Source: Styela clava
Taxonomy: Eukaryota
Reading direction: 5' to 3'
Assembly (NCBI RefSeq): GCF_964204865.1
Contig: NC_135258.1
Location: 9,486,001-9,550,000 of the forward strand
DNA length: 64,000 bases
The position numbers and the translations under genes are program-made. Of this stretch, positions 1 through 12,550 are shown piece after piece. The notes under the pieces are model-generated. The model had not been told where the DNA came from. It was given only the letters and a program-made list of their open reading frames with translations, and did no database searches. The stretch's first letter is position 1. Every line of letters begins with the position of its first letter.

Positions 1-654
1 ACACTCGAGAGGTGTCGCGTGGTAATGGATCTTTTCCCATCATAGTTAACTTAATATAGTTAGCTCACGCTATTTTCTTCTTTGTTTATTTATGTTACAC
101 AGTTCTCTCGTTGCTCTTGAGTGATGCGTCATGGTATTCTCTCAACGCAATATTGTGGCGCATGTAGTTCTCGGCTATCTGGCTGTAGCCGATGTCTAAG
201 GAGGATGTAGGTTATCGGACTGGTATGATATCGTTCTATATTGTTTGAATGTCTCTTGCCTTTGACAGAAAACGATTGCTCCTGAGAGCAAAACTCATAA
301 AATAACATCTTGAGACAAATTCATTTCTGTTACCAAATTTTAATTTCCAGTTATCATCGCAACTTTTTTTTAATTTATCGTCAACTAAAATACCGCCCGA
401 CACTCGACCAGGCGTGTGTCGCGCTGGATCGATAGGAACGGATTCATCAGCGACTCAAAATCCAAAATATATGTATTTTATTGGGAGCGCAAAATAAATG
501 TGACAAAGCGCATTGTTTGGCGTTATAACTTTGTATTCTCGGGAAACGGCTGTCGTGAAAAATAAAATTTGATCCAAATTAATCACAAATAATGTTTTAT
601 CATCTAACGCCGGTACACATCATTTTCCGGTAAACTCGAAAAGTCATTTCAATA

Positions 655-1850
655 TAGATAGATAGATAGAAGTTTATTCATCATCCAGTCATTAGCCAAT
701 AAGTCAAACACAAACAACAACATTCGATAAGTAAAAGAAGAATAAATCGACTAACAACGGAATTGATAGGAGGTTGGAAGGACCATACGGTCACTAAATC
801 GAAACAACTCTCCTGGCATAAAAAAGGTTGACAGATTACATTTTATATTATAGCAATTATAAAACCTTTTAACTTGTTGTAACTAACAATTGAGCAACAA
901 GAGTAATGTGACACATATTGAGACAAATTTAAAATAGAAGCGGCAAGAAAAAGCATTTAGTTTTATATCACACAAAATAAAAACGTACAAGTAGAAAAGT
1001 TATGAATCAGTACTTATTCAGAAAAGACTGGAAATACTTCTTGGAAAAAACATTAAAACTGGAAATTTCCTTTAGGTTTTCGTTAATATCGTTCCAAATT
1101 CTCACACCCTGGTACTTTATGGAATTTTGGGCCCGCGAGGATGAAAATCGTGGTACAAATAATCCTCCCTTTCGAGATGAACGAGTACCATATGTATGTG
1201 AATTTTTTGTTGTAACAAAATATTGTTGTATTACGCGAGGGGCAGTGCTATTTACCGCTTGATACATGAGCCTTCCCATTTCATAAAAATATAGATCTTT
1301 TATTCTAAGAATACCAAGAATTTTGTAATTACTACTCAAATTTGCCCAGCGTGGCACCCCGTAGATGGCTCGAATTGCTTTATTTTGGATTAGCTGTAAT
1401 TTGTTAAGACTGGTTTTGTCACAACAACCCCAAGTTACGATACCATACAGAATACAAGAATGAAATAATGAATAGTAAATGATTTTTAAAGCATGCAATG
1501 TCAAATAGTGTCTAAGTTTGAACATAATCCCAGTCACTCTTGATAACTTGCTATATAGATATTCAGTATGAGCATGCTATTTAAATTTATTGTCAATAAT
1601 TATCCCAAGATATTTCATGCATGACACTTCAATTAACATTTTATCACCAAAAGATACATGGAAAGCTCTACTTATATTTTTTTGGTGAGAAAGCATATAG
1701 GTCGATTTAGAATAATTTACAGTCAATTTATTTGCTCTCATCCAGGCATCCACTTTGCTTATTTTATTATTTATGAGAATTTGAAGAATATGAGGGCAGT
1801 GGTGGCTTTTAGCAATACATGTGTCATATAAAATGAAGAATGTTTCACTA
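655..1850 (-). mobile_element. 5'-truncated non-LTR retrotransposon (CR1/L2-group LINE) relic: end of the reverse-transcriptase ORF2, 3'UTR and microsatellite tail
   Basis: ORF 1007-1537 has typical CR1/L2 ORF2 C-terminal motifs (IYYSLFHSCILYGIVTWG, LQLIQNKAIRAI, HTYGTR, SIKYQGVRIWN). Upstream it reads KYLGIIIDNKFK*HAHTEY, with a TAG where Trp is usual. The minus-strand 3' end has AATAAA followed by (TCTA)n at ~655-680. Confidence 0.85.
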
Positions 1851-1900
1851 TTCCAAAAAATTAAAATTGTTGCAATCGAAAAATCGCCTGTAAGATAAAT

Positions 1901-2395
1901 ACAAGAGAGCTATGCTCAAATATATGGACACTTAAAATAAAACGAAATATATTATCATTACTTCACCGAAAACCATAGGGTATCCTACACGAATCTGAAC
2001 AGTGAAACAGCTGCATGGCTATGGTAACTGACTTACTAGTACTTGGTACAAATACCGGTACAGGGACTGTCATAGCTCTTCCATGTCCTGTGGTAATGAT
2101 TTATGTTGTTTACATCAGAACTGTAACGAAAAGATGAGAGCGTAATTCACAAAGGTACCGTACGGTACCTTACCAGTAGGCCTACCTGTTGCTGTACTGT
2201 CGGCCTGTTAATCTATCGTGGAACGGTTCTTCTCTGGCATATAAAAACGAAATTCCATTTGCTCTTATCAAAATTGGTCCAGTATTTGAAGAGAATAGCG
2301 ATTTTATAATAGTGGTGGTGACGAAAAAAAATAAGAAAAATAACAACAACATAATATTGAAACGATCGTTATGTCCACTAAAGTGTCCAAAAATG
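1901..2395 (+). mobile_element. Non-autonomous interspersed element, family A (Helentron/HINE-like)
   Basis: Starts ACAAGAGAGCTATGCTCAAATATATGGACAC and ends ...AAAGTGTCCAAAA. It has sub-terminal inverted repeats TGGACAC/GTGTCCA and an AAC-rich tract. Related copies occur elsewhere in the window. Confidence 0.65.
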
Positions 2396-2879
2396 ATGCC
2401 ATAATGCCGTCTTACGCGTTCTAAATATTCAAGCTGGAATTACGGTGTTTGACATCTGCGAGCTCTTTACGAGAAAACGCAAGTATAATCACGCGAGACA
2501 GATTTCGTCGCCAGTGAATAAAACTCGTCCCTGAATAATAAATTGACGTACGGCGACGAAGAGGCGGAAACCGTGTCCTATGGATTCAAATCCTCCGGAT
2601 TCGGTATTCTATATCGCCCCTTTCTACTTGGGAGTATCTGAATTCTTACTTTTGTGCTCTAATCCTGGTATAAAATTTTAATTACCATCCAATAAATGCT
2701 ATCACAGAACAGCAGAAACACTCTACCCCTACTCCACTTTGATAAATTATGGTACCGACGCAGAGATGATTGGCAGATGCCACGACATCCCACTTTATTC
2801 TAATGCATCAGTATATATTTTCACTAACAAAACCATTCCAAATACGCAAATAAATTCAAACGGAAATCCTCTTCCGTAA

Positions 2880-3371
2880 GCTTCAAAATGTAGCAAACTG
2901 ATGACGCAGGAACGCATCACTCATGCGTAGCAAACCGGCCGTGAGCGAACTGTATTCAGTAAACTATGGTCTTATCGTGGCGGTCCACATCTTAGATTCA
3001 GAGTATATTTCTGCATATACGGCAGTGGTATTGTTGTAACATACGGTACCGGTATCGGACGGCACGGCGCGGTAAGTTATTAATGTATGTAGGCTATGTA
3101 GTATGTTTAGTTGCCTCAAAATTGTAACAGTATCTGTATAATAATTAAACAGTATAACAGAGACAGGGTACATGTTCGATGTTCAAGACCTTCTGATCTT
3201 ACTGGCCTAAGATACAGATGTGCGACATGCACCCCAACAAGTAGGCTACCGGTACCGGTATAACTGCATTTTAGGACTGCTGCGTTATAGTAGGACAACA
3301 GACATGAAATATACAAATAACACTCTTGTTAGCTGTTGATTGGCGCTAGATGCTTCCAGTCACTTTTTCAG
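2880..3371 (+). promoter_or_regulatory. Probable promoter and non-coding 5' exons upstream of RFK/GNPNAT1
   Basis: Locally GC/CpG-richer, with a TGACGCA CRE-like motif at ~2902. Donor-like sites at 3071 (CG|GTAAGT) and 3371 (CAG|GTAGTT). No credible ORF. Confidence 0.35.
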
Positions 3372-4755
3372 GTAGTTTTATTTCGATAGTCTTAAGTGTT
3401 TAAGTTAATAGTCTTTAAGTCTAGGTAGGAATGTTACGAAACACGCTTTTCTGCATCAAAAAATATATGCATCACGTCTGCTAAGTACCGAACCATTAAG
3501 CCGTGTCGTAATACCGTACCGTACCTCTCATAAAAACGACTACGAACTGCCTGCTGTTGTTTGGAATTCCTGCTGTTGTTTGGAATTCCATGAAATTTTA
3601 ACCTAACTTAGACAAAATACATAACTATGATTTGGTATTTGAATTTTTTCATTAGTGCATAAATTTCCCAACATTTGGAGCTTTCAAAAATTACGCTCAA
3701 GTTATACGTACTGCAAATTAATGATATTGTCTATGGACACCAATAAAATTTATATGGACATGTGTATGTCATTCCTAACTTGATACTTGATACAATTTTT
3801 ATGAAGTTTGTCCAATCAGAACATCGATAATTATTACCCGTGAGGAGGCACTGTCAAACTAATATGCACAACTCCAGCAAGTTCTTACTAAAAAAAGGCA
3901 ATTTGCATACGTATACGAGACGCTACAAATTAATTCAAGGCTCGTAAAATATGATCTTAGCACGAGTCTGTCAACGCGTATCAGTTATCGATTCAATGCC
4001 AACATTTTCCCTCGCAGCGATTCCTCTCGTTTTGTGCTTCACTAAGTGCGGTAAATATCTTACGATTTGGGAATTTTAAATGATAATTAATTGTTCATTT
4101 ATTAAGGTCGGACATGAAAAACGCCATATCAGTTAATTACCGCGTAGGCGCGGACTTGCGTAGTGGGGATTGGGGAAGGTCGTTGCCGACCAGAGGTTAT
4201 GTAAAGTTCAGAGACTTTCTCAAACATAATTAATTGGAAAGCAGCTAATTTCGTTAAAAAGAATTTGTAAACATTGTTGCATTAGGTTCTTCTATTCACA
4301 ATATCTTTTCGTTCAGTGTTCATTTAAATATATTTTTTTTGTAACATACCTAGTCTATATATAGTACGGCCTAAAATCTGAGGTATAAACAGCTGTTGTA
4401 AATGGTAACTTGATAATTTTTGCGCTATAGATAGTGAAAGATTTTCCCTCAAACTATTTACTTTACATGAACTGAAGACTGAAAGACACTTAGTCTACTT
4501 TCAGACTTAAATGAATAGAAGTGCCAAATGTGTCAAACTCTCGATTTTTTTAATAATAATCAGATTATTAACACAGATTCATTGTCATCGCAAAATGAGT
4601 AAACCACTCCTTGTTTATACAGCCTTGTTACAGTATTACTGTATTAGGCATTCTGACTTATTTACAGTATTTATGTTCATCTTAAGAAATTTGTAATTGA
4701 ATCTCTAAAATTTTAATATATTTAAGTGCTCGATATAAACTAGGCTAATTCGAAA

Positions 4756-5256
4756 ATGAATGGCATAAAAACATTCTCCAGCTTGCCTTATTTTTGCCGA
4801 GGAACAGTTATCAAAGGCTTTGGCAGAGGAAGCAAAGAACTTGGTATTCCCACTGCAAATTTTCCAGAATCTGTTGTTGATAATTTACCTCACGATGTCT
4901 CTGCTGGAGTGTATTATGGATGGGGACAAATAGGTTCAGGTCCTGTGCATAAAATGGTTATGAGCATTGGATGGAATCCATATTACAACAACACAAAAAA
5001 GTCAATGGAAACACATTTAATTCATAAATTCGATAAAGATTTTTATGGCAGTGAACTCGGATTGGTTATCCTCGGGTATATTCGTCCGGAGACTAATTTT
5101 GACTCCCTGGAAAAGCTTGTTAAAGCCATTCGTACAGACATTGAAATTGCAAATCATAAACTAAACCAGGAAGATGCAAGAGAATTTTTATTGCATGACT
5201 TTTTCAAACATCCTGTGGGGCAATCATCTACCAATGGTACACATAGTAGTTTATGA
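4756..5256 (+). CDS. RFK: Riboflavin kinase (single coding exon, 166 aa)
   Basis: Hallmark motifs GxVIKGFGRGSKELGIPTAN, MVMSIGWNPYY, SMETHLIH, DFYG, GYIRPE. AATAAA at ~5522. Confidence 0.97.
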   Translation: MNGIKTFSSLPYFCRGTVIKGFGRGSKELGIPTANFPESVVDNLPHDVSAGVYYGWGQIGSGPVHKMVMSIGWNPYYNNTKKSMETHLIHKFDKDFYGSELGLVILGYIRPETNFDSLEKLVKAIRTDIEIANHKLNQEDAREFLLHDFFKHPVGQSSTNGTHSSL

Positions 5257-6778
5257 TGACAGATGTTTGACCAAATCTATATTCATATAATGATTTCATT
5301 GTGAATATCAACATGACGATAGTTCGATATTTTAAAAATTATTTTACACAACTTTCATTTATTGATATTCTATATTGATTTATGCTATTGTGAAGCAAAA
5401 TCATGATATATGCGAAATTTTGCTTGCATTTAATTTTACAAAAGTTACGATTGTCTTTCAATTAAATTCTTTCGTAAATACACTGGTCAATTTTGACACC
5501 AGCCTATAATTCACAGAATGTAATAAAAGTGAATCAATATCTGTATTGCCAATTTATTGATACATTCCTCTCTCTAAAATATACCATGTTATGAATTATA
5601 TGGTATGGGACTAGTCATTCTGCTTTCCAGGCTATTTGAACTATATCCCTGTGCTTTTCCAAAAATATCAATTGTGTGCAAACTGGAAATATTTAAATTA
5701 GAAATTTTTGTACTTTCATCATTATTCCTCGAAATGAGTTTAATGCTGTCTACGATGTTATTTCAAATTACTGTGTTTGTATGTATTGCCTTGACGGAAG
5801 TCTGAAAATATTTGTAATTATCATTAGCTAATATGCAATTTGTAGAAAATACTATTTGAGTTGATATAAATTGCAATGATACATAGTATATAATTTAAAA
5901 TTGAAATTGCCTCATATTTTTCTTACTTGCTAGAATTTAATGAATATTTTCAACTGTTCCATTTATAAAAAATTCAAACATTTTTTATTAAAAGGATTCG
6001 CTATATTTTTGCATTCTAGACATATTATACATCCCCTTAGGCATGCACTACTGTCAACAAACCAGTTTTTCTTAAAAGGTGATAACAAGTGATAATAAAC
6101 TAATTCCTTCCGGCCATATATTTGTGATAGGAATATCATTATTTGTTTACACAAATTATACAATCGTGCTGCTACTAACAACTGCCATTTCGTTGCGGTG
6201 TAATAGATCCAATATTCCGAATTTACTGTTTTGAATTTCAGCATGATAATAATCTTCTGCACTATTTTTTACTTTCATTACGTTTTTAGTTAAAAATAAA
6301 TTAATTTATGCATGAATTTGAATACAAGTGAAACTTGCTAATTTGAAAACGGTGTTACTCAAGAATGTGGAAAAAAATTCAGTTTTTTCAATAGTAAAAC
6401 ACATAAAATTCCGTCGATATACAGAACTTCATTTACCAATATACCAGCTCAAATTCACCATTTTTTAAATTAAATTTATTGCCATGATAATTGACTACCT
6501 GCAGCCTAAATTTTCGTTTCCCATTTGCAATCCTTATAATTTATCATTGAACCATGTTATATCTTTTCTAATTCATGTTCCAATATTGAAAATTATATGA
6601 AAATTGATTTTAATATGGCCATATCTTACAACAATTCGTTCATCATATTTATTGTATTTGTGAGCATCATAATTTTATATTTATATAATGAAAATAATAT
6701 AATTTGGAGATTCAGAACTTCTAATTTTTTTAATTATATCTTCTTTTTAAAGGTATTTTTAACTATTTATCAATAAAA

Positions 6779-8693
6779 ATGGCTCAAATTGATGATTCGA
6801 TTGTTTACATGTTTGACTCGAAATTGTTAGAAGGTCTCGATCTTACTCAGTATAATGTTTGTTCCTCTTACTTAAAACCTGGAGATGGGCTGATACTCAG
6901 GCCTATGTCAACCAAGGATTTTCAGAAAGGTAGAATTGTGTATTATTGGTTGCTTCATCAACTTTTGAAGCACACTCCCTTTTGCAGAAGGACTATAAAA
7001 ACTGTAGTTCAGTTGGGATCCCAATCTCACCCATTCAAATTGGAATAGTTTGATATGTTTTTTTTACTCATATTCTTTGTCAGAAGCTGAGATTGCCTCT
7101 ATAGCACTCTATTCCATCTCTGATGTTTTAAACCTCATTTCAATTTTTTTTTATAAAAAAAGGTTTCTGCATTTAGGCTTCAGCAATGAAGATATTTATT
7201 CTTTGTATATTCAGATACAATCCACGCTCTTAAAGGTCACTCAGCAAATAAGAAATCAGTTTATGACTAAAGTTTATGCTATCATCTTTCAATATGTGAT
7301 ATTACCGTAATCAGTTATTTATTCCGAACCACACCCTAGTAAATAATGATATAAAACTATTTCATAATCGAACGCAAAAGGAAATCAAAAATTAAACACT
7401 TTTGAATTTATTTGTAGTATGTTATTCAGTTTTGGCCATCGCTATATTCACACATTATATTTATCTTGTTTGTCAGTCATCAACTAAATTTCACAGTGTG
7501 ATTCTTATTTTGTACTTTATATTATTTTGCAGGTTTCATTGATGTTGTCAATCAATTGACACTCGCAGGAGATGTCACTGAAGAAAAATTTCAAGGTGTC
7601 ATTTTTCACACTGATAATATTTTCATTAACGTTTATGAAGGATTTTGTTGTATCATTTTTTCAACTTTTTTGTGTAAACTGTGGTGTTAATATTTAAAGA
7701 AATGCCTCATTTTTCAATTTCATAATTATGGATTTCTCAAATATCATTTCCCAATTATGATCAATTACAACTTACATCAGTTTCACTCATGGGTAATGAC
7801 CTTTGTAGATAATTTCACCTGGACAAAATTCAACTCTAACCCTAACATCCACAAAAACTTTTTTATATTTATTCGGTGCCCAGCAATCATTGGTCTGACG
7901 CCTTCTTTAAATTTCTTTCATCTTAAAAAAATATTCATCTCCATTTTTATCTCTATTTGAAAACTTCTTTCCATTTTTCAGACAGATTTAATAGTATGAA
8001 GAAAGCTGGTTGTTATTATCCGTTAGTTGTTGAAGATACCGAAGCAGATTCGGGCCGGGGAAGAATTGTAGCAACTGGGACTCTAATTGTGGAAGAGAAA
8101 TTTATTCATACTTGTGCTTTGGTACAGTATTTTTTTTTAATATTAATCATAATTAAAATAACTTTCATTCTAACAGGTCTATAAGTAGGAGATGAAATGA
8201 AAACTGCCATTTAATGCTATTCAGGAATGCCAATGAATTGAATTTTTGATTGCATTCAAAATTTCTTACAATCATGCAAATAAAAAGAAATTAAGTGAAG
8301 ATTATTATTCTCTAGGAATTTTGTTTTTATGTCTGCTCTTCTTATGTTGAACGTTTTATATTTTAGAGAGGAAGAGTGGAGGAAGTTGTAGTTGATAGTA
8401 AATACAGAGGACAAAAGTTGGGAAAAATGTAAGTATGGCTTGTTCCAGAAGAAAGTAATGAGTTTCATATGATAGCTTTGAAGTTACTATTTTTCCAAAA
8501 TGAGTATTAGGGGATATTAACATTAAATCAAATCATTTTTATCAGAATTCTGGCTGTTGTCACTGCACTGAGTAAGAAACTAACTTGCTACAAAACAACA
8601 CTGGAATGCAAAGTGGAAAACATCGGGTTTTATCAAATATTTGGCTACGTTCCTGACGAAGAAAAGTTCATGCAGTGTAGATTCAGACAATGA
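6779..8693 (+). CDS. GNPNAT1: Glucosamine-6-phosphate N-acetyltransferase (GNA1), 5 exons: 6779-6929, 7533-7595, 7982-8121, 8367-8428, 8546-8693 (187 aa)
   Basis: All introns are GT-AG and frame-consistent. Motifs [78 protein letters not shown]. Confidence 0.95.
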
Positions 8694-9708
8694 ATGCTGT
8701 AAAATGATATGTTCACCTCAGATTAGCAAATCTATTGTAGGCAATTATAATCCTATATTTCCTAAATGTTATTAATTTCTACCTATTTATTGACAGTGCA
8801 ATTTAATGTAGTAGAAAGCGATCGTTTACCAGCGAAATTATATATAGATTGTAGCTTGCTGGCGCTCTTTGGCACAAAAATGTTTCTCAGCCTTTTTCAC
8901 TCAGAAAATGAAATTTGAATATTTCAGTAATTCTGTTTCAAGAGCTATTAATAGTTAAATTGAAATTGTTTAATTTTCTATTGTTGTCGAAGTAGTGCTT
9001 GATGTCTTGTGAGATAAATGTGAACCAAATAGGTCTCTTTTGAACAATGCAATCTGTTACCTAACAACGAAGCCAAAATGGAACAAAAACTAGTATACTG
9101 TGACCCGTATATAAACGTCGCTTACGTCAGTATGGTCATTATGTTTGTAAAGTTTGTTTGTAACCTTCAACTCAGATAAGATTCAGATTTTTGAATTCCC
9201 TAACGATTTTTTGTTCCATATTTTGATTTCTTCATTTTTTTGTGATTAATTTGACTTCTAATGATATCATGACCAACTTTGGAGTTCAATCACATTCTTT
9301 GCCATATTGCTGCTTGTGTTTTTGCACGTGTTTGTTCTTTTTGAAAGTAGAAAATTCATGTACACAATTTAGTATATGCATAATAATTAGTATTCGCAAT
9401 ATCATTGTGTCGTTTCTTTTATAAAAGGAGTTTGTTAGACAGATATTTTTTGATTTATTGTTGTTGCTTAACAGTGGTGTGGAGATATTTGATTTGGGAG
9501 TGGTTTTGATATTTCCGAGGCGTGAGCAAGGGGGGTATTGTTTATATAAGACTCCTGAGCTACTGCGCCGTTACTATATATTTTTGAATATTAGTCAAGT
9601 GGAAGGTAGGTAATATATTTCGTCCATTTTGAAAATACACTTTAGAATCTGCTGTGTGATATAAACATGGCTACATGGCAGTGAGTTTCGGAAAACGTCA
9701 GTACAGAG

Positions 9709-10013
9709 CAGAGGTGGGCAAGGTTATTGGATCATGGGCCAAAAGTTTTGCCCATCTGGAATGGCTCATGTAATTATGTTCCATGTAAAATTACATTTTA
9801 TGAACAATATTTACAGTGTTGCAAAACAGAAGTGGAAAACAATAAGCCTCGTGCCAAAACTAAATTTAATCACAATCTCAACAAATTCGCAAGGTATTTT
9901 TTAGCTAAAACATTAAAACTTGGTTTTAGTTTGGTTGTGGCAGCGTCAGGCGGGTAAGATTAAATTTATCAACGGGCCGGATTGGCCCGCGGGTCCTAGT
10001 TTGGTCATGTCAG
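9709..10013 (+). mobile_element. hAT (Charlie-type) MITE, copy 1
   Basis: Begins CAGAGGTGGGCAA and ends TTTGGTCATGTCAG. The internal sequence is clearly homologous to 42515-42821. Confidence 0.7.
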
Positions 10014-10504
10014 CGACAGCTTTAGAGCAATAAGAATAAACGGAATGAAAGTATGATAAAACGGGATTTTGTTGTCTTTCAAAACGATAATATTGTGACG
10101 GGCCTTTTATCAAACTTGGTAGCGAAAGACCCAGGATGTCAGAGTACTTGCATTTATTCGTGTCGTTCAACTACAATAAATTATTTTCATCACAATCTTA
10201 CTTGTTTACAATCATAAAATACTTAAAACTTTTCGTACTCATGACGTACCTTTTTAAAACTCATGAGGTATTCTAGTTTGTTTGAACTATTTATGCGCAT
10301 GTCGAAAACGAATTTAACGAATGGTAACAGATGATGAAATTCTCTGGTGCACGTTATTCTTTTTGTCTTTGCACACCTGATACCACCGCGCCCCAGATGA
10401 CATAAGTGCGGTATATTTCACCACGGGTTTAATTATTAATTTTGAAACGATTGTCTCGATTTAGGTTTTCTCCCTAAATTTAAACTAATTTTTCGATATT
10501 GAGG

Positions 10505-10586
10505 TTATATATTAAAAAACCTTGCTGTCTGATCACAATTTGAGGGAAGAGAAGCTGCTGGTTTGAAATCGAAGACTAAAAGAAGG
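10505..10586 (+). promoter_or_regulatory. TATA-like box and non-coding first exon of the microprotein gene
   Basis: TATATATTAAAA at ~10506, then an ATG-free stretch ending in a strong donor AAG|GTGAGT (~10585). The next strong acceptor is at 11007. Confidence 0.5.
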
Positions 10587-11010
10587 TGAGTCATGGCTAA
10601 GTTACGACCAGATTCAGAGAAATAAATCGCCCAATGGGCAGACGTGCGCATTCCTATTCGTTGGTTATCCGATTTCGGCAATTTAACATCCGAATCTATT
10701 GTTACAAGAATGCCGGTGGCTGTTTTGATGGCCTGCGAATACATCCGAATACTTATTTGTATTTCATAATCCCTGTTTATTTCTATGAGCACATCGTATT
10801 GTCAAAAAGCAATTTTGATTGTGGACAGTTTTGGAATTTATTCTAATCCCCAACGCTTGATAGTATCGCTTCACTTTCATTGATGTTAGAAATAGCATCA
10901 TATTTTTCTTGCTAACTGTAAATGAGTTGGAGTCATTCGCGTTTTAAATGAAATATTTGAAAACAGATATATATATATATATATATCTATATTTTTTTTT
11001 TTTGTAGATA

Positions 11011-11892
11011 ATGGATCAACAACAAAAAGCCAACAACGATAATCGTTCAAACCAGGATAATCAGAACAACTTTCGGTAATACAATTATTTGAAAACATTT
11101 ACAATGGCCGTCCGTGACATGGGCTTCAGAGACCAATTACCGACCAACATGCGTCCGGTGCTTCTGCTGTACTTACTGCTCTTATGTTGTTCCTTTCAGA
11201 TACCAAGGCCATCAGTCAGGATATACCGGAACTGGAACAAAATCGGACTTGAGTAACCACGCGAACCATAAGAATCCGAATAACCCGAGGTAACCTATAT
11301 TTATTCATGCAATCATGTGTCAGCGTCCGAATTTTATTCGAATGAGTTGTTATTATTGTATTGTGAATTCGTGATTGTGACATTAACTGGTAGCCTTAAC
11401 AACATCTTAATCTGTGATTGACTGTAGTTTAACTTTGGCCGGTATTTATTTCGATTGACTGAATACAGAGTTTTGTGAATTTGATTTATCAGACAAAATG
11501 TCCGATACCCATGCCATCGAAAATTGTCTGATTGAGGTCTATAAATTGTCGGACAGCAGGTTATTGGATACTGAGTAATAAAGACAGCCATTTGCAACAT
11601 TTGTTCAAGATTATCAGAGTGAATACTTCATTTTCCATTTCAGCTGTCCCAGTGTAAAAATGCCCGAAATTCTAATTTTAGTGTTACAGTTAGGTCATTA
11701 CTAATGCTAGGTTAACAGAGAAGTTGATTCTCGGGGAAAATCCATGGTCAGCCGCGAACCCGGCTATTCACACTAGACGTATATACAGGCTATTTCTGCT
11801 CAGACTACGAATTATTGGCCACCATTGCTACTCTTTTTTACTCAGCATATTGTCAATGTTTATTTTTTTACAGATACCAGGGGAAGAAATGA
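11011..11892 (+). CDS. 57-aa Asn/Gln-rich microprotein, 3 coding exons (11011-11075, 11200-11289, 11874-11892): MDQQQKANNDNRSNQDNQNNFRYQGHQSGYTGTGTKSDLSNHANHKNPNNPRYQGKK
   Basis: Each exon has a polypyrimidine+AG acceptor. Both introns are phase 2 and frame-consistent, and the protein has an internal two-fold repeat. AATAAA at 11910-11915. Confidence 0.8.
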
Positions 11893-12550
11893 ACCCGTGA
11901 CAAAAGATGAATAAATGGAAATTAAAGAAATATTAATTTTATTTTTATAATAATCATCAGCTTTTAAAACGATCAATTTTTGAGAATACAATTACGTGAA
12001 ATAGTATATTTGCGTTTACTTCTTTATGGGCATAGAAAGTCAGATTTCACTGTTATATCATTTAGTCAATCTATAGAATAAAAAGTAGCACATATGTATA
12101 TTTAAACATCTGATATTTTATCGTCATGTATCGTTTCTATTTAAAAAAGTATAAATTATTTGACTCAGACGATTTCAATGCAACAAATCCAAACCAATGG
12201 ATGCCTAGAAAACAAATTCCATATTCATATCAAGGGTTGCGTTATACAATGGATTCCTACTCAACTAACTAGGAATGGAAAGTTCCATTATTTGATCGAC
12301 CAATCCTAAAACCCGACCTGACGATGGAGTTGGTACAGAAATCCGTGGCCGCCGCCGCATACGTATTTATATGCGTTCGTTTCTCCACGGATAAATATGA
12401 GAAAATTGCTTTTTTTACGAAGTAAAAATATTTACAATCCCCAATGTCCTGGACTAATTTTTAGCGTTTATTTACGTTATTTTCAGTATTAAAGATTTAT
12501 TAAAAAAATGTTATCATTGAACATAGAATGAACACAATAGTTGGAAAAAA

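Noticed and set aside
2545-2610. B-box-like GGATTCAAATCC suggesting a tRNA or SINE
   Set aside because: No cloverleaf or A-box could be assembled.
3550-3589. 19-bp tandem duplication CCTGCTGTTGTTTGGAATT x2
   Set aside because: A simple local slippage duplication with no evident function.
11148-11255. Short ORF MRPVLLLYLLLLCCSFQIPR... that looks like a signal peptide
   Set aside because: The hydrophobic part is the polypyrimidine tract of the intron before exon 11200. The spliced alternative frame gives a coherent repeated motif.
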